From positions 62,001 through 126,000 of the forward strand of contig JALMLS010000590.1 in NCBI GenBank assembly GCA_038496445.1: a DNA stretch of 64,000 bases, read 5' to 3'. Shown here piece by piece: positions 26,056 through 39,170 of the stretch (its first letter is position 1; each line of letters starts with the position of its first letter). Under the pieces are notes generated by a model that made no database searches, was not told where the DNA came from, and was given only the letters and a program-made list of their open reading frames with translations. This DNA comes from Trichosphaerium sp. ATCC 40318 (Eukaryota; Protista; Tubulinea). The translations under genes and the position numbers were made by a program.

Positions 26056-29000
26056 ATGAAAGGCGGTACTCTGCGCTCTATTGCGCAGAAGATAAAGAAA
26101 CCAAGGAGGAAAAATGTAGCAAATCTAACAGGAGGCATTATAACCGATGACGGGCGTACCTTATATGGTATGGACGCCGAACAATATCAAAGTAGGTCAT
26201 TTCGTTACTTCTCAAACAAAAAAGTGACTAAAACAACAATAAAGAGATGAAATCGCAAGAAGATCCAGTCTATGAAGGTGCTATAGCTAGTTGGGTTGCG
26301 TATGTTGTTAAACACGACCTCATACCACCAGATGATCTATGGCAGGCTCTAAAATCAGGGATTGTACTATGCGAAATGATCAACTCGTTATCGCCCGAAA
26401 GCATTCGAAAATACAACAAACCCAGAAAAGGAAAAACGACAATACACCCTCTAATGGAAAGAGAGAATATTCAGTTGTACTTGGAGAGTTGTTGGTCGCT
26501 TGGTCTTTCTAATAGCGACATGTACGTGTCACAAACAAACTTTTTGTTACTTTATTCGTTTGGCTCATGTTGTTACTGTTAGGTTCACAACAGGTGATCT
26601 ACATAAGAAGAAATATTTCAAGCAAGTTCTACAAAATATTGGAGCTGTATCATCACGAGCAACCGCTTGGGGATGGAAACCAGGAGATGACGTTCCAGAA
26701 ATTCCTGGTACAAAATACTGTCGAGTCAATTTTTTCTTACTTCCTTGTAGGTATTTCTCGGTCTCCAGCTGCCTCTGGTGGTTTGAAATCACTTATAAAG
26801 CCAGCTAAAAAATGGGCGCCTGTACAATCTGGTGGTGAAGCAGTATTCGTTGGAGAGTTAGAAGAGGATGACTATGATATTTTAGAGCGTGAATTAAGAG
26901 AGGTACAAAATATATAATTTGAACTATTTAACACTCATGTGAATTACTATCTGTTTGCACGACACTTACATATGTATTAATAGACAAAAGAGCACTTGTC
27001 AAAGGCAATAGGAACAATTGAGAAGCTTACACAAGATAACCAAAAGATAAAACAACAGATTTGGGATCTTGATGCACAAGCAACAACTACTGAAGTATCT
27101 TTTGTTAGTGAAGAAGATATTATCGTTCTAGAAGAACAATTAAGTAGTGCTCGAGAAGAACTGGAGTCTATTAGACACCAACACGATATGTTACTGACTC
27201 AACAAGGTAAACACGGTAAAAGCACACTATTACTTACAATCTCGAAAACTAGAACAAGCTCTTCAAGAAAAACAATCCCAGGCTAACGAATGGAAAACAC
27301 AACGTTTTGCAATGCAAGAGAAGATGGACTCTACAAGAGAAACCCTTGAAAAAGAAGTTCAAAGATTGAAGCAAGCACATGATGAAGCATTTAATCAAGT
27401 TCTTGATCAAGGCCTTGCGCAAGAAACTCATGGTAACATTACGCTTAATTTTTTTGACTTAACATTTACCTCAAGATAATGAAGTGGCAAGACTTCGTAA
27501 TGAGCTTGAAAAAATGCGTGCAGCGAACAAATCGTTGAGTACAGAGAAAGATACACTCGTTGAATCAATTACAAAGATAGAGCAGCAACAAAAAGCCCAA
27601 AAGACTGATGGACAGGTATATTTGGATTTCAAGTCATATGGCAGAAGCTAATTTAGGTTTCGCAGGTTGCTGACAATAATAATGATGTTGTTGAGACTGA
27701 AGACGGACAGAATGTCACACTAGATGAAATATTTGACTTTCTACAAGAAGAACCCGCAAAGGCACAACCAACAGATGGCTCTCATGCAGAAACTACCAAT
27801 GATAATGACGCTGTGGTATCTGCAGATGACAATGAGACAGTAACTACACATGACGTAACACCAACAATTGCTACTGGTGAGGATGTAAGTGACGTGTTTC
27901 TTATTTGTGACCTTATGCGCTTTTAAGGTACCGAAGGATACTGACAACACAGGTAATGCCACTAATGAAGAAGTGGTTGTTGAACAGCCTAAAGAAGATG
28001 TTGTCAGTAGTTCAGTTGTAGTAGACCTGAAGCAGCAACTTTCAGATGTATCCAGTAAACGTGATGAGTTATCTGTCTTGAATGACACGTTAACACAGGA
28101 GCTAGAACATCTTAAGGTACAGGACTTTAACCTTGGCGCACGCAATTGTATTAATTCTTACTGCTATTAGGTTAAATTGAATGATGATAGTGCCATTAGA
28201 GCCTTGGAGTTTGAAAAGTACTTGCTTGAAGAAAAAGCCACTGATTTTGAAGGCAAAGCTAGCACTCTTGAAGCTCAATTAAAGGAGCAACAGTACGTCA
28301 TACTTTCTTCATTTCTTCCGTTTTTGTTGTTACTCACAGTTCTGTTCCAAAAAAAAGAGCTATTACTGCGCTGTTTGAAAGTCGTGAGACATCATACAAG
28401 AAGCAACTAAAAGAAAGCGCGTCAGAACAGCAACTTATGGAAGATACATTGATAAGATTAAACACTAAGATTTCTGGTTTATCAAGTAAGCTCACTGAAG
28501 TTACAGGAAAGTATGTTGCCGCAAGATCAAAGAATGAACGTGTACGTCAATCACATAGTATCAGTTAGAGTTCTTCTAAGTTTTCTTCAAAGTTTCAACG
28601 AGAGAAGGCCAAGGGTACAAAGAATACACTTGATATTAAGAACAAGATCAAGAGACTAAAGAGACAAACTATGGTTGGGTTCTCAGTTGAACCTGAAGAG
28701 ATCGAAGAGTTCAGGAAAAGCGTTATGTTCAATAGTAGGAAATCTCTTGCAAGAAAGAGCAAGCTTGTTCCTATGAAAATGCCTATTCGACGTGCTGCTG
28801 GAAGTGCAGCACCATCCTTTAATAAGCCTAAAACATTCTATTATGAAGAAGGACAAGTCAACAAAAAGCAGGCGGAGCTCCTAAAGGAGACTATTACAAA
28901 GATACGCAATGGGGACAACGTTAAACCATCTGTTGTTACAAAGCTTCGTTCTTTGTTTAAAACCGATTTTGGACGTCGTACTTTTGCGTTTGTAGTACAA

Positions 29001-31281
29001 GCAACCTTTGAACCTGTAAGCATCACAAGTTTCTAATGATGGCTTTAATATTGTGCTAACAACAGTTTAGGGCAAGTTAGTGATGTTGCCAGAACTAGCG
29101 TTCAAGGTGAGTCTCTTTTTTATTTCATAAATTGAAGGAAGTTTTTATGATTGTTCTAAGTTGCTCTCTTCTTAGACCTTGGTTGGATGTATTACTGTTG
29201 CTTTGAACAATTTTAATCTTATATCTGGGTACGATAAAATAGAGTCTGTGGGTGGATGTAACCAAGTGTTTAGAGCTGATTTTATTGGCCTAAAGGCCAT
29301 CATTGATATATCTTATGGTATAGGTTGGGATAATGGTACTAAAACCATTTACCTAAAGGAATTAATAAAGAGCCATTCTGTATGGCAAAATATAAAATTC
29401 TGGGAGGAGTACTGGAATGTTAAAGTGTCTAAAGGTACCTCGATTTTTGCTGAAACGTTTTTTGGATTAATTTTGACTAAGAATTTTTTTTTAGGTTTCT
29501 CTGAGCATTATCGCTCTACTGAAACTGATGGTGATGGTGAAACGAAACAGCTCAAGTTTATATCCAACACACTTCAGAAATTCGGTATGTGGACTGTTTA
29601 CTAGTTCTTGTTATTTTTCTTGTCAAGTCGTTGCTTATACTTGTTTTCTAGCATCTGCAATGTGGGGTTGGGGTAACATAACACCACAGAGATTTAGTAC
29701 GTATAAATACATCAATTAATGGTTGTATTTTTGAGCACGTGATTCTTATTTTGATTGTAGGAATGTTCTTTTCTGAGCTTTGTGACCAACATAGTATTAC
29801 AGGCACTAATGCACAAAAAGTAATGGTAAGTGTGATACCAAAGCGTTAAGATTACAATGGTGTTTGACATATGACTGTAGGACTATGTAAAAGCGCTTGG
29901 TAAAGGCATACAACCTCAACAACGAAAGCGTTTTGAGACTGTAATGTTTGGCAAAGGACAAGAAGCTTCACCATTGACATATGACAAAAAAGTATGTTCA
30001 CAACACACAACATGTATGAGTAACTAAATCTCTAGGTTACAGTTAAAGTGGCTATGGGCGCTAAGATTGCCAAAATCTCTTTATCTTCTGATACAACTTA
30101 CGGTAAGCTTGAGACCTTGTGTTTTCACGTTCTAACATCTATTCAAAGATAAGCTCCTTCAAACAATAGGGAAGAAACTAAAGCTAAATTCTGATACATT
30201 AAAGACAATCAGAGTATTCTTATGTCATAATAACACAAAAGGCAAGCCGTTTGTTTAACTAGCAATATAGTAGCTAACCTTTTTTGGATTAGTTAAACAA
30301 GTTATGGATAATTCTGACCCATACCTTATTTACCGAAAATGGGCATCCAAAGGAGGACTGCCGCCCTCTTTTAGTGTTGAAATTACAACACCTAGGCGCG
30401 CTGCACCACTTCGTGGTAGATCTGAGCTGGTCCTTAATGACGAGCTTTCAGAAACGTCTTCTATTAGCTACAAAATGAGACAGAGTCATAAAAACTTGAC
30501 ACGACCTAATAAGTCACCTAGACCTTCACCCAGATCTTCACCTAGGCCCTCACCTAGACCGTCCCCTAGACCTTCACCTAGGTCTTCACCACACACATCA
30601 CCTGTAGCAATAAAGAAGGTTCGACAGGCAGCTTCTCTGTCGGCAGCACATACAAGAGAAAGAGCTGCGTCTGCCTTTGTACCAGTTGCAGCAAAAGAAG
30701 TCACAATAGAGAAAAGCCCAAGAACTCTCCGACCAGCACGAAGACCACCACCAAAACCACCAAAGGTGGCTTCATCAAAGTCTTTGATACTGTCACGAGC
30801 TACTAAACCTCCACCTGTACCTGCAAAGCCTTCAGGACGTCATTCAAGCATTCCTTCTATTGCTTTTCAAAAAGCTGATTTAGAAAAACTTGGTAAGTTA
30901 TCGTCTTCCAGTCCTTTCTTGTTTCTCATGGGATGCTATTAGGTGTATATGGAGCTACTGAAAAATCTTCGGTAGATGAAGAGAATCCTATTAGACAGGT
31001 TAGTGGTGAGTTCGATCCAGTTGCTGAAGCGGATGACGAGCTAAATTCGAGACAACGGAAAAAATCACATTTTGGTAAGTCTTTGGTTTAATAGTTTGAA
31101 TTATTGGACTAACGTGTTTGGTATGTTAGTTAATAATCCCAGTATAAAGAGTAACCGACAATCCACTGCATGTACGTAATGTGGTTTTCCTGTGTTTTGC
31201 TTTAACCCAGTTTGACTCCAACTCAAATGTTAATTCGTTTATTAGTTATGCCTACAGAGTAAAATGGCAAGCAAGTTTTAG
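26056..31281 (+). CDS. Large scaffold: calponin-homology domain, long coiled coil, SBF2-like helical domain, PB1-like domain and Pro-rich tail; multi-exon
   Basis: CH: LWQALKSGIVLCEMINSL..ENIQLYLESC..FTTGDL. Coiled-coil exons. SBF2-like: FGRRTFAFVV and YLKELIKSHSVWQNIKFWEEYW. PB1-like: VKVAMGAKIAKISL..TY.KLLQTIGKKLKL. PPPKPP/PPPVP motifs. Confidence 0.7.
30514..30591 (+). repeat. Coding 12-bp tandem repeat (SPRP/SPRS x ~6)
   Basis: tcacctagacct-type units encoding SPRPSPRSSPRPSPRPSPRPSPRSSP. Confidence 0.9.
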
Positions 31282-31403
31282 TGTAATTTGGGGTATGTAA
31301 ATAAACTTTGTAAACGAGGTTAAGATTTTGTTTTGTTAATAATCCCACGCCCACTTGGTATCACGCCTGGATTACTGACCGTAATTTTAATCCGAGAATT
31401 GTT

Positions 31404-31967
31404 ATGTGCTTTTCATTGACTATTTTACTTTACTCAATACTGCGCGAACTTTTACATGTACAGTGGAGAATAGTGAGCATGACTGGGCTTGTACTTTTTT
31501 TATTATTTTTTGGCCTCTAGACATTTGTTTTGTTACATGGTTCTGCTATGTCGTGTTCAACAGTCCTCAGTGGTATAAAACCAACTTTCCCCTTAACAGT
31601 TTTTTTATCTACCCCTGTTTAAAAAACCATAAGTGCAACGAGGTATGCTACAGACGGTAGGAACGGAATCAACCATATAAACGCTCAACAATCTGAGTAT
31701 CCAAAAACCTGTACTCGTTTAAACTGCGACTACAGGTACATGGCATGCCGTGCGTTGCATCAATGCAACCGAAGTGAAACTGCTGCTTATGTTCTCTGCA
31801 ATCAAGGCGATCTACACCAGCGTGATTTCGCTAGTATTGCTAACGGATTTATAGCTGGTGTTGGAGTTGGAACAATAGTTGTAGCGGTGTTGTTAGTGAT
31901 AATACACATACAAAGGGGTTACAACAAGTGTGGGTATTTTAAAAAACCAACTCATTTTATAAACTGA
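31404..31967 (+). CDS. Small Cys-rich single-pass membrane protein (exon structure uncertain)
   Basis: Last exon YMACRALHQCNRSE..LCNQ..GFIAGVGVGTIVVAVLLVII (TM) followed by a basic tail. Confidence 0.4.
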
Positions 31968-33090
31968 ACAACAACTTCTCAGTACTTGTAACGGCACCCC
32001 TTTAGGGCATCAAGCGGTAAGTGAATTCTACAGTTAGTCATCATAGAGATCACACTATTCGCATACTGCAATTTTTTACTTTTTGAGCTATTCTTGACAC
32101 AAGCGTATCACTGTGTTTCTATTGATGTAGGTGCATCGTATAAATTCGCGTCTAGAAAAGGGATTCACTGCCCCATGTCATGCCCACAAAGGCAGGGATA
32201 GTCAAAAATCCCATGTGTTTGTTTATAACCACCTCAAGGTAGACGAAATTGGTAAAAACTGTTCGTCGGAAGGCAACGAATTCGTATGGTAGTGTATCAC
32301 GTGATTGGTTTTTTTGTTGTTGCGTTTTTGTGCCTACTTTGTCTTGTTGTACAAGTTTCGCTTTCCTGGTGTTGTTGTACACAAGTAAAGCCTGCGGTAT
32401 GCTTCCCAGTGTTTTTAGGGATACTCGATGGTGCATTAAAGATTACCACCAGTGTTCACACAAGAGACAGACTAAGTAAGCAATCAGAAGGGTAGCAATT
32501 TACAACCTTATTAACGGTTTTTTAGTGCTCGGAAAAAAAAAACGGAGTAACACCAGAAAATCAACGTATTTGCTGCATATGGCGATAATGACAGGAAACT
32601 ACTGTTCCAAAGAGTTAAGATGGAGTTGCCACAAACCTGAGTAAGTTTGAATACAGCGAGTCATCGCTAGGTACACAAATTGCTAGTACATCGCTGATTA
32701 TGTTTCTCTACAGATGGTTATTTGATATGCTGTAGTAGAGTGTATTGATAGCTCTGTAGGTGAACGCCAAAAAAAACCCAACGACCCAGTTCATGTTTTC
32801 AAAATGGGATGTGGTTTGAGTAAGCAGAAAACGCTTAAAAAGAAGAGCACTATATTTTTTAAAAGCAAGTAACGCGAGTTTGTATGTACTAGCGCAAATT
32901 GATTCACATCTCGCAAAAAATATACTCGTATTATTTTTATTATATCTTTGCAAATATACTAGTGGCAATAACTCTCAAAAGTACGACCCTTGAAAGAAGC
33001 AACCCAAAATTGTTTACGAGTTTTTTTTTGGTTTTTTTTTATCACGTGATAAAAATACTGCACCAATTGCCTTATTAACTTTTGTTAGCA

Positions 33091-36000
33091 ATGCGTGATA
33101 CTCTTTTTTTCGTCTCACTTTTCTTGATGGCTCTTGTTGGGGCTGTTTTCGGTGCTTCAAGACCCACAGAGTCTGTACCGAGCTGCGATGCTGCTTCTCC
33201 GAACTGGGGATGTCCTCGTGGTGATTACAGTGTATTCGAAAATGGCGAGCTCGACAGGCTTACCTGCAATAAAAGACCAGCACCTCTCATGGCTTGGGCT
33301 TTAAAGGTTGTTCGAAGCAATGACTACAGCACTTGGGCTGGTAGAGAAGACAACAAGGAGACCGAATACGTTCCAGATATGGTCATGGACATTAACATTA
33401 AAGTTCATAACTACGCCTTAAAATACCGTGGTATCCTTATCTATGCTCAAGACGTTGAAGGAAACAGAGTTGGTCAATGGCTTCTACCAGAAGAAGATAA
33501 CCGTACGTTGTTTAAAAAAATGAGTTTAAAAGTTGTGTTCGCTTTTGATGTGTCAGTTCACGCGTTGACTTTTTGATAGCATTCTTCAAGTTACCTTGGC
33601 CTAATTCACACTCATGTCGCCAAAGTATTACCCACAACACTGCTGAACTCAAACCTCTTAAGTCAACATGGAAGTGGAAGGCTCCACCAAAGGGAACTGG
33701 ACCGGTAACTTTCCACTGTTTGATTAAGCAGGGTGACGCTAATACTGGAGCATTTTTCTGGCCAAACAACAGCGGAACCGGTCCACTCAAACTCACCGAA
33801 TCAAGAAGAACAAAACCAACTCAAACATGGTTTCTATCAAAGGTAAATGTGTTTCTTTTTTTTTTGGTTCAAACCCGCTGAACTAACATTTCTTTCTAGC
33901 AAGGTCAATCTTGTACTGATAGATGTACTGAAGTCAGGCCTAATCTGAAGTGTGATCGTGTCCATATGGAGCGTATTAATAGCCCAGCCAAAATCGAAGA
34001 GCTCATAATTCCACAAAGCATCCCTTGCAAACTTCCGTATGTAAGCATCTGTTCTAACAAAGGAGCTACAATGGGTACAGATGGGCTTTGTTACTATGAC
34101 GATACCAGATGTGCATCACAAGGACGTAACAGAGGAAGAGTTACTTGCGAATCTAGAATCGGTGATGCCAGATTCGGGTACGCACCAACAAAGTCAACGT
34201 TTACTTTTTTTCTTGGATACTTATCTTTGTTTTAAGGCTGCCTATGTGTAAATGTGTCACCTCGACTCTTCCACCTGCCAATCCAGGTAGAACCGTTATT
34301 GCAGCTAGAGATGCATCTTCATTTGCCTCAAAATCTACCTCATCTTTCCTATTGATGGCTCTCGCTATTCTTGGCTTAACAATGCGTTCATCAACAAAGA
34401 TGACTGCTTCCCTTGTATTGGCTCTCTTCCTTATCGTTTTGATTTCCTTCCCAACTGCTCGAGCTCATAATTGGCAATTCAGCTCAGGAAGAAGTAAAGA
34501 TATTGCCAGCACTCAAACCCCATGCCCATCAAGAAAACAAGCTGCTCCTCACGTGCAAGTCGGGCCTGGTCAACTTTTCGAAATTGAATGGTCAGTTGGT
34601 CACTCTCAACCTTCGTACTATGTCATCATCAAAGCTGAAGATGAACCAAGACTTAGAAAGGTAACATTCGACCTTATGGACGCGTACATGAACGAAGCAC
34701 CAAACAGCGCTTGCAAGAATCTACCTGTATACCACAGACAATTCAGAACTCGTGATGCTGGCTTTGATCCCTTCCTAGAATTCTATAGCGGTGAGATCCC
34801 TGAAACTTCCCCAAATTTTATCCCAAGGCCAGAAGCTTTCGGTGTTTGGAGAGATGACGCTACATTGTTTGGATATAGGGATGAACTTGAAGTAAGAAAT
34901 TATTGCGAATACACGAACAACAAGCTTGACTTTGTTCTTGGCATCTTCAAGTTTGAACATTTTGCACAAAGACCTGCCGATGCTGATATGGTCAGACTTT
35001 CTATGCCAAATAGTGCTTCCTTCGGTAACTATGTTATTCAATGGCTATGGAGAGGTTACAGAGATTGTATTGATCTTAACTATGTCAACAGGCAAGTTCC
35101 AGACATATACGGTGTTCCACACCTTGCCTCCAGTTTCAAGTAAGTCACCTGTTTCAGATGTTTCTTTTTTTTTTTTGATTGTACGAATTCTGACTTATGT
35201 GGTAGTCGTATTGATCACTGCTACTTCCCTGACCCACGTGTTGTACATGGTACGTAGTACACATTGGGTTGAATTTGGGAATAATTAGTAATAAAGAATT
35301 TTGCGTCCTATTACAGAAACAACCGCATTTTAACACGCGATAAAAAGTATTTTGATTTTTTTGTGGTTTTTTTTTTCCCTAACAATGTTCGCCCTTTGTT
35401 CTAATTGTTAATTTTTAGAATGTTTCAGAATCTACAACAACGCTGATGTTTGTCAACTGGCTTGTGAGCGAAGACGTGACTGTTCAGGATACATGGTATT
35501 GCCTAGTAAACTTCGAGGAAACGAATGGAACGCCCAAGCCAATCTCATCCCTCAATTATGCAAAGACGCTGCAGTAAATCTTGGAGAGTCACCTTTTAAT
35601 GTAGACGTGTGCTACACTGTGCAAGCGCGATTGGGAACTGAGACATTCGGAGCAGAAGAAGTAGTACACGCAGGTGACCCTGCATACCAATCGACATGTT
35701 GGCTAAAGGGAGCTGGGCGTCTATTCCCTGGATTTATTATTCCTCCACAACATCAAGATATCCCATGGAAACACGGAGATCAATGCATATCTTGCGACGC
35801 TGTAAACCTTAACAAAAACATTACACGTCAACCTAAATGGCCAATGACGAATGACTGTAGAAACTGCGACTTGGAACCTAAAACCGATACACCTGCCTTC
35901 GATCCCCCTGAGCTCATCTTAAAGGAGGCTGGTAAGCTATGTGATGGTCATAATATTTACCGAGGTCTCGGGGGAGGAAAGAAACACCACAGCTGTCCTG

Positions 36001-36284
36001 GAGAAACATGGAGGAATTGCAAAAAAGAAGTACTCATCAGAGGACGTCCTGCTCCTTGGAACGCTCTTCATTTTGGCAACGATTGTGCAGCTGCCGCTGC
36101 AAAAGATCTAGAGTGTTCTGATACAATCTACACTCTACAACTCGGTTTGAAATACAGTGGTGGATTTGCATACAGCTGCTTCTGTATGAGGAAGCTTGCT
36201 TGCTGTAACGGATGCAGACCAATGGCATTGGCAACAAATCCACAACGTTGGAATATCTACACTCTCCATCGAGGCTCATCATAG
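33091..36284 (+). CDS. Secreted/membrane polyprotein: signal peptide, Reeler, Cys-rich module, TM + internal signal peptide, LPMO-like His-brace domain, Cys-rich (PAN/apple-like) modules
   Basis: Signal MRDTLFFVSLFLMALVGAVFG. Reeler YRGILIYAQD..VGQW..SITH..WKWKAPPKGTGPVTFHCLI. In-frame splice gg|gtacgc..tttaag|g. Then LVLALFLIVLISFPTARA|HNW, IEWSVGH and YVIQWLWRGYRDCIDL. Confidence 0.8.
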
Positions 36285-37083
36285 GCTTTAACATATAAGT
36301 TTGTATTGAGTAAAAAGTAATGCTTGTTAATAAACGGATACTAAACCAACTCGGCAAATTTTATTGTTGCACTCTGCGATATCTTAAAAGTATCCCAAAG
36401 GCCTGCCTGGAGAAATGTATTCAATATTTCAGTGGCTTGTAGTCGCGGTAGCAAAGGATGCCGGTCATTGTGTCTTGTTTACCATTGTAAGTTCGAGAGC
36501 TTCCTTCAAAGATGGTCAAAAGTTTGTGGAAATTGTAAAAAAGGCAAAAAAGACGGTTTTTACCGTTTCTTCCAAGCTTGTTTATTTACTTGATTGACCT
36601 TCTCACGACTTGTGTACTACCAAACAGCTACTGGACCGTGTAATACAAGCATTAATAAGGCAAGGCGACTTTTGAATAAGTTTGATAAACAGTCTTCTTT
36701 TTATGCTGAATTTAGGAAATCACGCTAATCGGCATTCATCGTCATGCTATAATAGAGTGCAAGCATGCGACTAATGTACCCTCATTGATTTACCAGTTTC
36801 AGCCTTTGAAACCACAAGGACCTTTAGCTTCACACTAGACCATAGCAACGGAAACGCCATACTATTGTCGCTACGTTAACGTGAGACCAAGAGTTGCTGG
36901 TACTTCAGTGGCTTTGTGTTGCACAAACAAAGTCACAAGCAACGCAACAACTACGTCCGTCAGAAAGTGGACAGAATTAACGGAAATATGGATAAAAACG
37001 AACCGAGAGATTCCATTCACTTAAAATAATTAAGTTTACAAATGATGAGTCAGCAGCAAAATTTTCTCATAACCTTACTCTAA

Positions 37084-39004
37084 ATGGCCGAACCGGACTC
37101 ATTAAACCTTGACAATACCTGGGACGATGTCGTTGATGGCTTTTTCGCCTGGAACCACGACGAAGACTCCCAGAGCTCCACAAATGAACCTCTGTCACCT
37201 GCCAGCATTAACGTATTCAATAATGGCGTTGATTCTCTAGACGCTACACTAGAGTCTATGACGTCGTTTGGGGACTTACCAATGCCCCCTGTCGATCCTT
37301 ACGCTGTATCGCCAATTTATCCGGACTCTACGCCTAGTGAGTTTGGTGCAAACTTGATGGTGCCAAAAACTGAAATTAAAAGCGAACCAACGCATTTAAC
37401 ACAAAAACCGAAGCTTCCTCAAACATACGAATCAACCCTTGGCGATAAACGCCCGAAGAAACGTAAACGGGCCCAACCAGCCAACTCCCTTCCTGATCCT
37501 ACAAAAGTCGAAAACCTCAAAAAATATGAAGATCCTTTAATCGCTTCAGACTCTGTGACCTTCGGAGAGTTTGAAACAAAGCTCAGGTACATTTAACGTT
37601 TAATGTACTAAAAACCTTTATTAACATTCAGGACGAGTTAAAAACAAATTTATTCACTCTTTTGCTTTAGAAGTAGCCGAAAAATCTCCACTACAGAGGA
37701 TAAGCTCCTCAAGAGTATTAGACGTAAAATTAACAACAGAGAATCCGCGCGTAGATCGCGCGCAAACGCTAAGCAAAAAGTGTCTACACTTGAGCAAGAG
37801 ATTGAAAAACTAAAGGAAGATACATCAATCATGAAACAAGTACGTATCTATTAATACACGCGAGTAGTGTAAACACGCGTAGCAATATTTTTCTTTCAAA
37901 CAGTTTTGTATCGTTTTTCTTTTTGATCTAATACCTTCCTTTAGCGTTTGAGGCAACTCGAAGGTAGAAACGCAGCACTTGAAGGTGAATTGAACCACCA
38001 CAAGTCTATTGTGCGTAATAATCCAGCAATTCATCATTTATTTGAAGGATTTGCGTATGCGCATGCGTTATCGAAGAGCGAGGTACATATTTTTTTGTTT
38101 GAATTATGCGGGTGATAGTTAGCCCCACACATAACTTTTTTCGCCAAATTTTTTTTTTGAAATGAATTCTATGGTTACGCATGAAATTAACGTGTTGTTT
38201 TAGAAAATTCGCGCTGGTGCCCAATCTCTACTTGTATTCGCAGTTATCTTGTGTTTTGGACTCACCTGGGCTTTCCAAGCCAATCCTCAAGTGGCAATAC
38301 GTGATCGTGTACAAATTCCAACTGTAGCAGTACGTTACCTGCAAGCTTTTATAGCTTCTCCGCTAACATATTTTAATTAGGAATTTAACCCTTCAAATGG
38401 TGAAGGACGTGTTCTAGGTGGTGTAGGTGGTGCAAAATATCACCAAGCGAGTATGAATGCGCGGCGGATGTATGAAGAAATGGGTCCTGAGCAGATGTTA
38501 ACAACACAACAACTTTTACGCGCCCACACCTTAAAAATTCGTCAACAAAAAATGAAACAACAAAAATCCACAACAAAACTTGATGCAAGTGACGCCTCTA
38601 TCGTGACACAACCACTCAGACCTAAAATCAAGAATGTTACTTCCTTTGATTCTGTAAACCGTCAAGAAACTGGAGTTCAATCTGGAAACCAGCCTCAAGC
38701 ACAGAGCGATTTACCTCAACACCCTGAGATTAAGCAAGAGCCGATCGAGTCTCAAGCAGCACGTACAACCGAGGAGATTGCCCAAGCTCACGCGAGCGAA
38801 GCCAGTGCAGAATCTACGACCACTACAACAGCCCCAGATAGCACTACGACTACACCTGCGCTTTCTGATACATCCACTTCCACTAATTATGTAGTTGGAG
38901 AGCCCGTTGACGTTAGTCCTGACGATGTGGCTGTGCCTGTCGTTAAGATCATATCTGACGTACCCGAAGGCATGTTCCGTCGTGTTGTCCAAGTTCCAGC
39001 TTAG
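37084..39004 (+). CDS. Second membrane-tethered bZIP transcription factor; multi-exon
   Basis: KSIRRKINNRESARRSRANAKQKVSTLEQEIEKLKED..RLRQLEGRNAALEGEL; TM SLLVFAVILCFGLTWAF; lumenal EGRVLGG and a Thr/Ser-rich tail. Confidence 0.85.
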
Positions 39005-39170
39005 GAAGCTTGCGATAATGTGTTTGTAAATAATAAAGACTTAGATACTTTTTTTTCCATAAACTCGTGTACAGTCGTTCAAACTCAACAATCAGGTTTT
39101 GTAAGAACTGTTTTAACTTTTTACTTTTTTTTTTTTTGAACTTTTTGTTGACTTTGGGTGATTTCTCGTC

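Noticed and set aside
30486-30704. GEGL/GEDL-repeat ORF on the minus strand
   Set aside because: Antisense shadow of the SPRP coding repeat.
32152-32968. Short hydrophobic ORFs between the TM gene and the Reeler gene
   Set aside because: No motifs, conflicting overlapping frames, no convincing exon chain.
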